DNA from: an uncultured delta proteobacterium | GTDB taxonomy: Bacteria; Desulfobacterota; Binatia; UBA9968 | Assembly: GCA_963745835.1 (NCBI GenBank) | Contig: CAVUZH010000003.1 | Span: 160,001 to 224,000, forward strand | Direction: 5' to 3' | DNA: 64,000 nucleotides | Part shown: positions 50,689-60,266 of the stretch, in pieces | Layout of the letters: each line of letters starts with the position of its first letter | How positions within the stretch are numbered: the first letter of the stretch is position 1 | Program-made: the position numbers and the translations under genes | Notes under the pieces: generated by a model | Seen by the model: only the letters and a program-made list of their open reading frames with translations | Told to the model about the DNA's origin: nothing | Databases searched by the model: none

Positions 50689-50732
50689 TGCTAATTCTCT
50701 ACCTGCGGGTTATGCATCAATGCCTAGCACAG

Positions 50733-50751
50733 CTGTCAACAACGTTGACAG
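50733..50751. promoter_or_regulatory. Perfect palindrome CTGTCAAC-AAC-GTTGACAG in the divergent T6SS promoter region
   Basis: 8-bp inverted repeat 45 nt upstream of the kinase start; contains TTGACA on both strands. Confidence 0.5.
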
Positions 50752-51328
50752 AATCTCTCGCCGAAAGAGATGAAAATGCAAAACTCTTGCCCGCCGCTCA
50801 TGGTGAGCGGAACTGAGCCGTTCATCGCCACGGTGTTTGCGCGCGCTCGTCAACAGTGACATCAACCAGGGGTGACTTTCAGCTCCAAACAGACCGGCCT
50901 ACAAAAGCATTCGAAAGGGGATTGATTTCTTATTGTTTAGCGACTTATACACCGGAACGGGTGGACTATGTCAAGGCGACACTAGCGAGTTACGCAACGG
51001 TTTGTTGCTAACGAGGTCTCCAGTATTGAGGTGAACGAGGGCAGCTTTGCAGCAGTAGATTACGGTAACAGCAACGCTTTGGTATCGGAATTGGCGAGGA
51101 TTATTTCGAGTATGGTCCAGAAGTTGAATACGACCTCAAGCGCGAGTATTCACCGGATGAAAGCTCTGTCGAACTTACAAGTTGGTTCTGTACTTCGGCT
51201 CAATGCTCACCAGGTGTACTATCGGCGGTTGTAATGATCGCGGTTTCAGCGAAAGCAGTAAAACTAAGCTCAACTCCATGCCGCGCGATCAGAGGACTAA
51301 ATGAGTGTTCCCCGAGCGAGAATCCACC

Positions 51329-51358
51329 TTGACTGCGTTGAACGAGTTTGACTAGAAT
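51329..51358 (+). promoter_or_regulatory. Candidate sigma70 promoter TTGACT-N18-TAGAAT
   Basis: Near-consensus hexamers ~50 nt upstream of the FHA-tssM start. Confidence 0.45.
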
Positions 51359-51406
51359 CCCCGACACAGTTACTTAGAGCTGAATCTTCACGTTGTAAGT
51401 GAGCCG

Positions 51407-54400
51407 ATGGCATTTTTTTTGAAACACGTCGAAGGAAGCAAGACTGGCCAGGTCGAATCATTCGATCGAGACATCATCCGCATCGGTCGGCAATCCGACA
51501 ACGATCTCACGTTTGATCCGCAAAGGGATGCGTCCGTTTCGGGATACCATGCAGAAATATCTCGGGAAGGCGAATCTTACTTCGTTAGGGATCTCCAAAG
51601 TCGAAACGGAACCTTCCTCAACTCGCGAAAAATCGATAGCTCTGTTCAACTCGAGGACGGCGATCTCCTGCAGTTCTCCGCCCGGGGGCCGAAAGTAGTT
51701 TTTACCACACGCGATCCCTCGTTTCCGACCCAAAGCGCGTTCAAGGAACCGTCTCGAGGTGCTCCGACAGAAATCTTGGCGCAGCCAAATAACGATGCTC
51801 AGCAAAAACCCGTGAGCAGATCGAGATCGCTGGCGAAGCTGGTTGCTGTCGTTGTTGGGATATCCTGCTTGGCGGCTGCTTTGGCAGCGGGATTTCACTT
51901 CGGTTATCCATGGTGGGCTTTGCTCGCCGCCGGGGCCGGCGTATCGCTCCTGATTGCAGGAGCGTACCTGGTTTGGCGGTTTTGGCGGCACCGCCGAACC
52001 CGCCGGCAAGAAGCGGAAGCGGCGCATCAAGAAAGAGAAGCGAGTCTCGGACGCGGCCGCAAAAACAACTTAGAGGATTTGAAACGCAAATGGACTGAAG
52101 TCGTACGTTCCTTGCGACAGTCGAAGCTTCAGAAAACGGGAGATGATGCACTCGATGCGTTGGCGTGGGTTGCCGTCATCGGCGAGTCAGGTTGTGGAAA
52201 GTCAGCTTTGATAAAAGGTGGGGGGCCGCAATCTTCCGTAGTAACCGTTGGCTCTGAAGGTCCGACACAAAATTGCGATTGGTGGTTTTTTGATAAGCTT
52301 GTGGTTCTTGATGTGGCGGGACAGTATCTGCATCAGGCCAAGCAGAGCGAAACGGCTACCGAATGGCAAGAACTGTTGAACTTGCTCAAAAATAATCGGC
52401 GGCGAGAGCCGATCAACGGCGTTATCGTTGCGGTATCGGCTGATTCGCTGGCTTCAGCCCCGGTTGAGAAGCTCAAGGAACAGGCGGCTCATGCGCGCGA
52501 GCGTCTAGATGAGATTTCTCAATGGCTTGGAGTTAAGTTCCCGGTTTATCTCACGGTTACTAAGTGCGATCTGATAGTTGGCTTCAATGAGTTCTGGGCC
52601 GGACTGCCGGACAAAGCCAATGCCCAGGCTGCCGGCGAGGTGAATCCGGACCCCATCAATCACTCGGATCCGGCGCGATTTTTTGACAGGGCGTTCCATC
52701 GGATCTGTGAGAGGGTCGAGCGTATCCGGCTGGCGCAGATCGTCGAACAAGAGCAGGAAACTGCGGTGCAACGAATGTTTCTCTTTCCGGCTGAACTGAA
52801 GAGCTTGCAAGTCCCGTTGAAAGCTTTTGTAGATGTTCTGTTTCGGCCGAGTTCGTACCGCGACGTTCCTTTCTTGCGAGGATTTTTTCTTACCAGTGGC
52901 CGCCAATCAGGACCAGCGACGTCGCGTCTTTCACGCCTGCTTGGCTCCAGGTATGTTCATCCACAAGCGGCAAGCACAACCCGAGATTTCTTTTTGCGCG
53001 ATCTCTATTCCAAAATCCTTCCTAGCGACCGTAATCTTGCCATTCGCACCGCGGTGGGCCGCGAGCGCCACCGCCTTCGTTGGGCTGCCGGTCTAATCGG
53101 GGTGTTGGCTGTATCGCTGATCCTGTGCATCGCTTTTACAGTGTCGTTTACGAACAATTGGATGGCACTCACTAATTTGGATGTGACACCTTGTACGAGT
53201 TTGGCGGCATTGCGGGTTTCTATTGGAGACGCCTTACGACCGCTCGATAATTGCCGGCAAAACATTTCTTCGCTTGGTGTACAGTCGAAATGGAAACGGA
53301 TTGTCTCTAATTTTGGCCTGAGGCAAACGCCTCGCATCACGACAGCGCTGCAGCAACGATTTCTGCCGGCATTCACTGCCAAGGTCATTAATCCACTTGA
53401 AAAGCATATCGATCAAGCCCTTGCGAAGGGTTCCGGCGCATCTATGGTGGTTGGCGCCATCACCCAACGAGCTCTTCTCATGGCAAGGTGTGAGCAGAGT
53501 AGCTCATGCGGTGATTTGCACAATGCGAATCCGTTGAGTTACCGGGTTATGTTGTCTATAGCTGACCCTGAGTTAAAAGGCGGTGACGTCGAGATCGAAC
53601 GCTTTCGCCGGACCCATGAATCGTATTTGCTTTGGCAATCAGATTCGGACGTGTTCGTTGAAACCCGGCTAAAGGACATCCAAAGAATAAAGGAGTGGTT
53701 AGGTCGGGGTAATCTGAAGGAGGAGTCGATTATCGAGTCCGCTAAAGCACAGTTTCAGCCGGTGCGTGCAACCGCCCTTTGGGGTGTCAGTGTACCGCTG
53801 GAGGTGGAGTCAGCCTACACAGCACGTGCCTGGCAGGAGGGAATCGATCCGCTTATTTCAGGCCTGAAAAAATTGGCTGCCGACCAGGCCGAGGTCAGTG
53901 ATTCGGTGAAAGGATTTGAAGCTAGTTATCGAAGCCGAGCTTTGCGGCAATGGGGAGAATTTTTGTCGGCTTTTTCACAGCCGGAAAGAGTTCCTATCCA
54001 TACCCAGATGAATCGCGAACTGGTCAATTTAGTTTCCGCCGCAGACTCGCCTTACATAAAAGTGATCGACGAGGCTAATGCCAATCTGAGCGTTATTCTC
54101 GGCGATGCCTGGCAGCGTAACGAGCTTCCGGCGTGGGCGTCGACGTTGAAACAATTCGTAGCCCTGAAGACAAAAGTTGCGCACGCCCAGAAATCCGCCA
54201 AGAGCAACGATAAACCTGCAAACGCGGAAACAGAAGCAGGAGGATACCTGGCAATCTACCTGGAAGCGGTCGGGCAGTTGCGAGGCGAAATCACTACCTT
54301 TGAAAAAAGTTTCAAGTCGTCGCAGAAAGCCTTTGAAGAGGGTGAACCGAGCGCCAAAGCGACCCACCCTATCCTGCGTGCGACATGGGCGCTCTCAATG

Positions 54401-54796
54401 TTGCGGAATTCGATTGGCGCTCCGGAAGAAACGGACCGGCTCTTCTGGATGTTGTTGTCACGTCCTCTCTCCTTGGCGTGGCGCGGGATGTTGACGGAAT
54501 CCAGCAAGTACCTTCAGCAACAATGGGAAGGCCTGCTCCTCGAGATTAGAGATTTTGATTCTGGGTCCAAGGGGGGCAAGATCATGAACTTTGTCAATCA
54601 ATCGGCTAACGCCTTTCTGAGTCGGCAGGGCGGGCGCTGGGTCTCGCGAAGGCTTCTCGATCAAAGCTTCCCTTTTACGGAAGGATTCTTGCAATATTTA
54701 TCACGGTTGCGGTTTGACGCACTCAGTCCCACCACTTTTCGCGCCGAACCACCGTTTCGGGCCGAACCACCATTTACAATTGTCCGAAGTTCTTAG
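51407..54796 (+). CDS. tssM: FHA domain-TssM (IcmF/ImcF) fusion protein
   Basis: N-terminal FHA (IGR, S..H, SRNGT), two TMs, Walker A GESGCGKS, CDWWF, PINGVI, FPVYL.VTKCD, LRGFFLTSG and a third TM. Confidence 0.9.
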   Translation: MAFFLKHVEGSKTGQVESFDRDIIRIGRQSDNDLTFDPQRDASVSGYHAEISREGESYFVRDLQSRNGTFLNSRKIDSSVQLEDGDLLQFSARGPKVVFTTRDPSFPTQSAFKEPSRGAPTEILAQPNNDAQQKPVSRSRSLAKLVAVVVGISCLAAALAAGFHFGYPWWALLAAGAGVSLLIAGAYLVWRFWRHRRTRRQEAEAAHQEREASLGRGRKNNLEDLKRKWTEVVRSLRQSKLQKTGDDALDALAWVAVIGESGCGKSALIKGGGPQSSVVTVGSEGPTQNCDWWFFDKLVVLDVAGQYLHQAKQSETATEWQELLNLLKNNRRREPINGVIVAVSADSLASAPVEKLKEQAAHARERLDEISQWLGVKFPVYLTVTKCDLIVGFNEFWAGLPDKANAQAAGEVNPDPINHSDPARFFDRAFHRICERVERIRLAQIVEQEQETAVQRMFLFPAELKSLQVPLKAFVDVLFRPSSYRDVPFLRGFFLTSGRQSGPATSRLSRLLGSRYVHPQAASTTRDFFLRDLYSKILPSDRNLAIRTAVGRERHRLRWAAGLIGVLAVSLILCIAFTVSFTNNWMALTNLDVTPCTSLAALRVSIGDALRPLDNCRQNISSLGVQSKWKRIVSNFGLRQTPRITTALQQRFLPAFTAKVINPLEKHIDQALAKGSGASMVVGAITQRALLMARCEQSSSCGDLHNANPLSYRVMLSIADPELKGGDVEIERFRRTHESYLLWQSDSDVFVETRLKDIQRIKEWLGRGNLKEESIIESAKAQFQPVRATALWGVSVPLEVESAYTARAWQEGIDPLISGLKKLAADQAEVSDSVKGFEASYRSRALRQWGEFLSAFSQPERVPIHTQMNRELVNLVSAADSPYIKVIDEANANLSVILGDAWQRNELPAWASTLKQFVALKTKVAHAQKSAKSNDKPANAETEAGGYLAIYLEAVGQLRGEITTFEKSFKSSQKAFEEGEPSAKATHPILRATWALSMLRNSIGAPEETDRLFWMLLSRPLSLAWRGMLTESSKYLQQQWEGLLLEIRDFDSGSKGGKIMNFVNQSANAFLSRQGGRWVSRRLLDQSFPFTEGFLQYLSRLRFDALSPTTFRAEPPFRAEPPFTIVRSS
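54737..54772 (+). repeat. 18-bp tandem duplication (FRAEPP x2) at the TssM C-terminus
   Basis: tttcgcgccgaaccaccg / tttcgggccgaaccacca. Confidence 0.8.
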
Positions 54797-54813
54797 TTGT
54801 AGGAGTCCATTAG

Positions 54814-56154
54814 ATGAGCCGAGCGAGAAGTGTGGTATGGAGCGAGGGTCTCTTTTTAACACCGCATCTGTTTCAGCAGGCCGACCGTTATTACGAAAGC
54901 CTGCTCAATTTTCGGATAAAACCTCTCGCACCGTACCTCTGGGGAGTATCCGAGTTGGAGGTAGACCGCGCCGGACTGCCCAACGGCTTTTTTACCTTAT
55001 ATAGGTGCAGCGGTATCATGCCTGACGGACTTCCGGTGCAGATTCCTGATGACGATTTAGCTCCCGAAGTTCGGTCGGTCAAAGATCTGTTTCCGGCGTC
55101 AGCGGAGTCACTTGACGTTTACCTGACGATTCCAGCTCGACAGGCGGACTCGATCAATTTTCACCTGGAAAATGGATCGGCTGGTCGAGGACGGCGCTAT
55201 CAAATGGAAACGGTCCGGGTTTCGGATGAAACGACCGAAGGGAACGAGTGTGAAATTCCGGTCGCAAAGAAAAACTTTCAAATTAACTTTGGCGGCGAAT
55301 CACTGGAAGGCAAAGTTTGGCTGAAAATCGCCCAGTTGGGCCGCACCGCTTCGGGGGTAGTCACTCTCAACGACTCGTATATCGCGCCATCCGTCGCGAT
55401 TTCTGCTTCGGACTCTTTGATCGGCATCCTTCACCGTATTCTTGAAGTCCTGGCCGCGAAGAGTACGGGCCTGTCACAACAACGCCGCCATATCACCGAG
55501 TTTGGCTCTTCGGACATTGCCAATTTTTGGCTGCTGCATACGGTGAATTCCTACGTTCCGATTCTAGCGCACTTCAACGCGTCCCCTAATCACCATCCTG
55601 AGCAACTCTATTTGTTCCTGGTGCAACTGGTCGGGCAGCTTAGCACGTTCGCTCTTCAGGCCGACGCGAGAGACGTGCCGCGTTACGATCATGAGAATAT
55701 GTTTGACACGTTCAACGAGTTGGAAACAAAAATTCGGTTTCTTCTTGATACGATAATCCCGGCCAAATACGTCATCATACCATTGGAGAAAACGCCCGAG
55801 CTTTGGTACGTCGGTCAAATCCATGACGATCGCCTGCTGAAGAACGCTCAGTTCTATCTTGCCGCCAATGCTCAGGTGGCGCCCGCGAGATTGATTGAGG
55901 GTGTGCCGTCGCAGTCAAAGATCAGCTCCCCGGATGAGGTCGGCGCGCTCATTGGAAGGGCCGTACCCGGAGTCGTGCTTGCCCACGAACCGATTCCGCC
56001 GAGCTCGATTCCGATAAAACCGGGATTCAAATATTTTCATCTGCATACCCAGGGCCGCTGGTGGGAGACGATTTCTAAGGCGAGAAGATTAGCGTTGTAT
56101 TTGCCGGACGAATTTCCGGAGTTGAAGCTCGAATTGATAGCCGTGAAGGAGTAG
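54814..56154 (+). CDS. tssK: T6SS baseplate subunit TssK
   Basis: VVWSEGLFL.P..FQQ.DRY, HPE.LY and LELIAV motifs. Confidence 0.94.
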   Translation: MSRARSVVWSEGLFLTPHLFQQADRYYESLLNFRIKPLAPYLWGVSELEVDRAGLPNGFFTLYRCSGIMPDGLPVQIPDDDLAPEVRSVKDLFPASAESLDVYLTIPARQADSINFHLENGSAGRGRRYQMETVRVSDETTEGNECEIPVAKKNFQINFGGESLEGKVWLKIAQLGRTASGVVTLNDSYIAPSVAISASDSLIGILHRILEVLAAKSTGLSQQRRHITEFGSSDIANFWLLHTVNSYVPILAHFNASPNHHPEQLYLFLVQLVGQLSTFALQADARDVPRYDHENMFDTFNELETKIRFLLDTIIPAKYVIIPLEKTPELWYVGQIHDDRLLKNAQFYLAANAQVAPARLIEGVPSQSKISSPDEVGALIGRAVPGVVLAHEPIPPSSIPIKPGFKYFHLHTQGRWWETISKARRLALYLPDEFPELKLELIAVKE

Positions 56155-56330
56155 CCGGCGATGTATCTTATCGCTGAGACTGTGCCGCTAACTAATTGCA
56201 ACCGCCAGTGTAAACAATCGGTACGCTTAGTGTATCTGCTGGTGTACATGCCGGACGTGAAATTTTCCTGATCATCTATTTTTGCGGGTGAGAAACGAGC
56301 GATTTAGTGGATTCTACATTTCGTCATAAC

Positions 56331-56346
56331 TGGCGTAGCGATTGCT
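56331..56346 (+). promoter_or_regulatory. sigma54 promoter TGGCGTAGCGATTGCT upstream of tssA
   Basis: GG-N10-GC with TTGCT; a TGT-N12-ACA element at 56231-56248 lies ~85-100 nt upstream. Confidence 0.65.
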
Positions 56347-56412
56347 ATTTTCGCAGTTGAGAGTTGAGTTGCTTCGGAGTATGTGACGGAAGTCTATTAA
56401 GGAGACTTTCTT

Positions 56413-57546
56413 ATGCCCTCGTCCGCAGTCTTGGACCTCGAATTTTTGCTTGCACCCATTCCTGGTAATAATCCAGCAGGTGAGTCGGTGCGTTATGCCG
56501 GCGTTTACGACGCCATCCAGGAGGCTCGGCGCGCCGATGACGACCTAAACAAAGGCGATTGGCAGAGGGAAGCGAAAGTCGCCGACTGGCGTGCGGTGAT
56601 CAATATTTCTACAGAAGCCATTGGAACGAAATGCAAGGATTTACAAATCGGTGCGTGGCTGGTGGAAGCTCTTACCAAACGAGACGGCTTCGCAGGTCTA
56701 AACGCGGGTCTTAATTTGTTGCACGAGTTGCACGAGCAGTTCTGGGACGGGCTTTATCCCGAGATCGAAGACGGCGACCTGGAGTTTCGTGCCGGTCCAC
56801 TGAATTGGCTGAATGAAAAATTACCGGCGGCTATCCGGGAAGTCGCCTTGACGGGCGGAAATCCGCCGTACGCGTGGAATCACTGGGACGAATCGCGCAA
56901 GGTGGATAACTTAGGACGGCAAAACCCAGAGGCAATGCAAGCAGCCATTGCGGATGGGAAAATCACCGGTGAGCACTTCGAGAACTCCGTAAAAGCGACG
57001 GAACGCGGGCATTTTGAGAGCGTGTTCGAGGATCTATCTCAAAGCAAAGAACAGTTAAGCCGGCTCGAGAAGACTGTCGACGAAAAGTTCGGACCGGACG
57101 CTCCCAGCTTAATTAAAATAAGAAACGGCATTGATGATTGTCATCAGGTTGTCAGCGGCATTCTCAAAAAGAAGAGAGAGGAAGATCCTACCTATAAGCC
57201 AGAATCCGACAGCACGATGGTAAAGGGGCCGATCTCTTCAACCCCAGAGACTATAGCCATGAATACAGGCAACACCCATGATAACGGAAACCCCGTAGCA
57301 GTATCCGGAAACATCAGTTGGGCCGGGGAGCCGCGCAACCGCGAAGAGGCGTTTCAGCGCTTAGCCGTGCTCGCTGCTTATTTGAAACGGGTTGAAGCCC
57401 AGCATCCGGTTACCTATCTGCTTGAACGCGCCGTACGCTGGACCAAGATGCCCCTGGACCAGTGGCTCGGCGAGGTTGTCAGCAATCAAGACGTGCTCAA
57501 TCAGCTGCGTGACACACTGGGGATTAAGGACCGAGATACCACTTGA
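56413..57546 (+). CDS. tssA: T6SS TssA (ImpA_N domain)
   Basis: LLAPI.G.NPAG, KDLQI.AWL and C-terminal R..A...L..LA.Y....E..HPV.YLL.RA..W motifs. Confidence 0.93.
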   Translation: MPSSAVLDLEFLLAPIPGNNPAGESVRYAGVYDAIQEARRADDDLNKGDWQREAKVADWRAVINISTEAIGTKCKDLQIGAWLVEALTKRDGFAGLNAGLNLLHELHEQFWDGLYPEIEDGDLEFRAGPLNWLNEKLPAAIREVALTGGNPPYAWNHWDESRKVDNLGRQNPEAMQAAIADGKITGEHFENSVKATERGHFESVFEDLSQSKEQLSRLEKTVDEKFGPDAPSLIKIRNGIDDCHQVVSGILKKKREEDPTYKPESDSTMVKGPISSTPETIAMNTGNTHDNGNPVAVSGNISWAGEPRNREEAFQRLAVLAAYLKRVEAQHPVTYLLERAVRWTKMPLDQWLGEVVSNQDVLNQLRDTLGIKDRDTT

Positions 57547-57670
57547 CACTGCTTGCAAGCCCGGAGTAGTTTCGCGCCAGGTTGTACGGTTGCCGCGAGA
57601 CTTTGACTGATTCCTATTATTGACGGCAGGTCGGCTCCACTGTTGAGCGCAAAAAATTAAGGAGGAGTCT

Positions 57671-58210
57671 ATGGCGAGAGAAAGTATACAAAGCAAGCTG
57701 GGTCGTGTACGACCGCCACGGGTGCACATCACATACGATGTCGAAGTCGGCGACGCTATTCAGCTAAAGGAGCTTCCGTTTGTGGTCGGCGTACTAGCGG
57801 ATTTATCGGGAAGACCCGATGAGGCGCTTCCCCCAGTCAAGGATCGAAAGTTTGTCGAGATCGACCGCGATAACTTCGACGCCGTCTTAAAAGGCATGAA
57901 GCCGCGCTTGGCCTACCGCGTGGATAACAAACTGGCAGACGACGATAGCAAGCTCGGAGTCGAGCTTCGTTTCAACAGCATGGACGATTTTCAGCCGGAG
58001 CAGGTGGTCAATCAAGTCGAGCCTCTGAGAAAGCTGGCTGAGGCGCGGAAAAAACTTTCGGATCTCATGGCCAAGATGGATGGCAATGATCGCTTAGTGG
58101 AACTCATGGACGAAGTTATCCAGAACACGGATGCTCTTCAAAAATTAAGTAAAGAAGCCGGCCCGGCTGTTGCTGAGGGTGAGAAGGACTCCGTTAGCAA
58201 GGAGAAGTAA
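57671..58210 (+). CDS. tssB: T6SS contractile sheath small subunit
   Basis: RPPRVHITYDVE, ELPFVVGVLADLSG and IDRDNFD motifs. Confidence 0.97.
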   Translation: MARESIQSKLGRVRPPRVHITYDVEVGDAIQLKELPFVVGVLADLSGRPDEALPPVKDRKFVEIDRDNFDAVLKGMKPRLAYRVDNKLADDDSKLGVELRFNSMDDFQPEQVVNQVEPLRKLAEARKKLSDLMAKMDGNDRLVELMDEVIQNTDALQKLSKEAGPAVAEGEKDSVSKEK

Positions 58211-58211
58211 A

Positions 58212-59705
58212 ATGGCAGAAAGAAGTCAAGCAAAAGCTAAGCTGTCCATCGCCGAAGAAGTACAAAAAGAAGGCAGTCTTTTAGATTCAATCGTTGCCGA
58301 AAGTCGGATCGCCCGCAGCGACACCGAGCGCTCCCGGGCCAAGGATCTTATCGGAGAGTTTGTCCAGCAGGTTCTAGATGGCGCTGTGGTCGTCAAGAAG
58401 GACCTTGAAACTGCCATTGCCGCCAGAATCGCCGCGTTGGACGAGGCAATCTCGGCTCAGCTCAATGAAGTCATGCATGCGCCGGAATTTCAGAAGCTCG
58501 AAGGGTCATGGCGCGGGCTTCATTATCTAGTCCACCAGAGTGAGACCGGCACGATGATGAAGATCCGAGTCATGAACATTTCCAAAGACGATCTCCGTAA
58601 AGATCTCGAACGAGCCGCTGAGTTCGATCAGAGCGCTCTTTTCAAAAAGGTTTACGAAGATGAATACGGGACGTTTGGCGGCGCGCCGTTCGGCGCGCTC
58701 ATCGGTGATTATGAGTTTGGCCGGCATCCTCAAGACCTGTCGCTCCTGGAACAGGTTTCGCACGTCGCGGCGGGGGCTCACGCTCCGTTTATCGCCGCTG
58801 CCTCGCCGGGCCTTCTCAATCTCGATAGCTATACCGATCTGACTGGGCCGCGAGATTTGGCGAAAATTTTCGATACCGTGGAGTATGCCAAATGGAAATC
58901 GTTTCGCGAGTCGGAAGACTCGCGATACGTGGGACTCACATTGCCGCGCACCTTGGCGCGGCTTCCTTACGGCCCTGAAACAGTGCCGGTGGAGTCTTTT
59001 AATTTCAAGGAAGAGGTGGATGGCAAGGACCACAGCAAATACCTCTGGAGCAATGCCGCATACTCGTTCGGGGCGCGCTTGACAGATTCTTTTGCCAAGC
59101 ACGGATGGTGTGCCGCGATCCGTGGAGTGGAGGGAGGCGGTCTCGTCGAGGGTTTGCCGACTCATACGTTTAGCACCGACGAAGGCGAAATAGCGTTGAA
59201 GTGTCCCACGGAGATCAGCATTACCGACCGCCGCGAAAAAGAACTTTCGGATCTGGGATTAATTCCGCTCGTGCACTGCAAGGGGACAGATTACGCAGCA
59301 TTTTTTGGTGCCCAGTCCTGCCAGAAGGCAAAGAAATACGACACCGACTCGGCCAATGCTAATGCTCGGCTCTCGACTCAGTTGCAATACATGATGGCCG
59401 TGTCGCGCTTTGCTCATTATCTGAAATCCATGATGCGGGACAAGATCGGCAGCTTCATGTCGCGCACTGATTGTGAAAAATTTCTTAATCGCTGGATCAT
59501 GAATTACGTGACCGAAGATGATAACGCGTCGGCAACAGTCAAAGCGCAATACCCATTACGAGAGGCGCGTGTGGAAGTGGCTGAGGTGCCAGGCAAGCCT
59601 GGTGTCTATCGCGCCATTGCATTCCTGAGGCCTCATTTCCAATTGGATGAGCTAACTGTTTCGTTGCGGTTAGTTGCCGAGTTGCCGGGTTCGGCCAGGA
59701 AGTAA
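58212..59705 (+). CDS. tssC: T6SS contractile sheath large subunit
   Basis: FQKLEGSWRGL, YGTFGG.PFG, CPTEI.ITDRRE and PHFQLDEL motifs; start moved to ATG 58212. Confidence 0.97.
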   Translation: MAERSQAKAKLSIAEEVQKEGSLLDSIVAESRIARSDTERSRAKDLIGEFVQQVLDGAVVVKKDLETAIAARIAALDEAISAQLNEVMHAPEFQKLEGSWRGLHYLVHQSETGTMMKIRVMNISKDDLRKDLERAAEFDQSALFKKVYEDEYGTFGGAPFGALIGDYEFGRHPQDLSLLEQVSHVAAGAHAPFIAAASPGLLNLDSYTDLTGPRDLAKIFDTVEYAKWKSFRESEDSRYVGLTLPRTLARLPYGPETVPVESFNFKEEVDGKDHSKYLWSNAAYSFGARLTDSFAKHGWCAAIRGVEGGGLVEGLPTHTFSTDEGEIALKCPTEISITDRREKELSDLGLIPLVHCKGTDYAAFFGAQSCQKAKKYDTDSANANARLSTQLQYMMAVSRFAHYLKSMMRDKIGSFMSRTDCEKFLNRWIMNYVTEDDNASATVKAQYPLREARVEVAEVPGKPGVYRAIAFLRPHFQLDELTVSLRLVAELPGSARK

Positions 59706-59777
59706 GGCAAGTATAAACCTAACCAGAGGTGGATAGCGGCATAACAACTTTCAACTTTCACGTTTGATGGAGGTTAT

Positions 59778-60266
59778 ATGGCGGCAGTAGATTATTTTCT
59801 GAAACTCAAGGGCATTGATGGAGAGTCAACGGACCACAAGCACAAAGGGGAGATTGATGTAGAGTCTTTCTCGTGGGGCGAGACCAACTCTGGTACACAT
59901 ACGGGCGGCGGTGGAGGAGGTGCCGGCAAAGTTGTTATGCAGGATTTCCATTTTGTGATGAGGGTTAGTAAGGCAAGCCCAAAGCTCATGCTCGCGTGCG
60001 CGACGGGTGAGCACATTGGAGAAGGAACCCTGGTTTGCCGGAAGGCGGGTACAGAGCAGCAAGAATTCCTATCCGTAAAAATGACGGACCTACTAGTTTC
60101 CTCTTACCAGACCGGTGGGTCGGGCGGTAGCGATATTGTTCCTACGGATCAGGTGTCGCTCAACTACTCCAAGATAGAGTTCGAGTATAAAGAGCAGAAA
60201 CCAGACGGTTCGCTCGGCGGAGCTGTTAAGGCCGGCTATGATCTGAAAGCGAATAAGAAAGTGTAA
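59778..60266 (+). CDS. hcp: T6SS tube protein Hcp (TssD)
   Basis: FLKL.GI.GES.D..HK.EI.V.SFSWG, SPKL..ACA.G.H and GYDLK.N motifs. Confidence 0.97.
   Translation: MAAVDYFLKLKGIDGESTDHKHKGEIDVESFSWGETNSGTHTGGGGGGAGKVVMQDFHFVMRVSKASPKLMLACATGEHIGEGTLVCRKAGTEQQEFLSVKMTDLLVSSYQTGGSGGSDIVPTDQVSLNYSKIEFEYKEQKPDGSLGGAVKAGYDLKANKKV

Noticed and set aside
51031-51234. 67-aa ORF in the divergent T6SS intergenic region
   Set aside because: No homology cue; likely regulatory DNA
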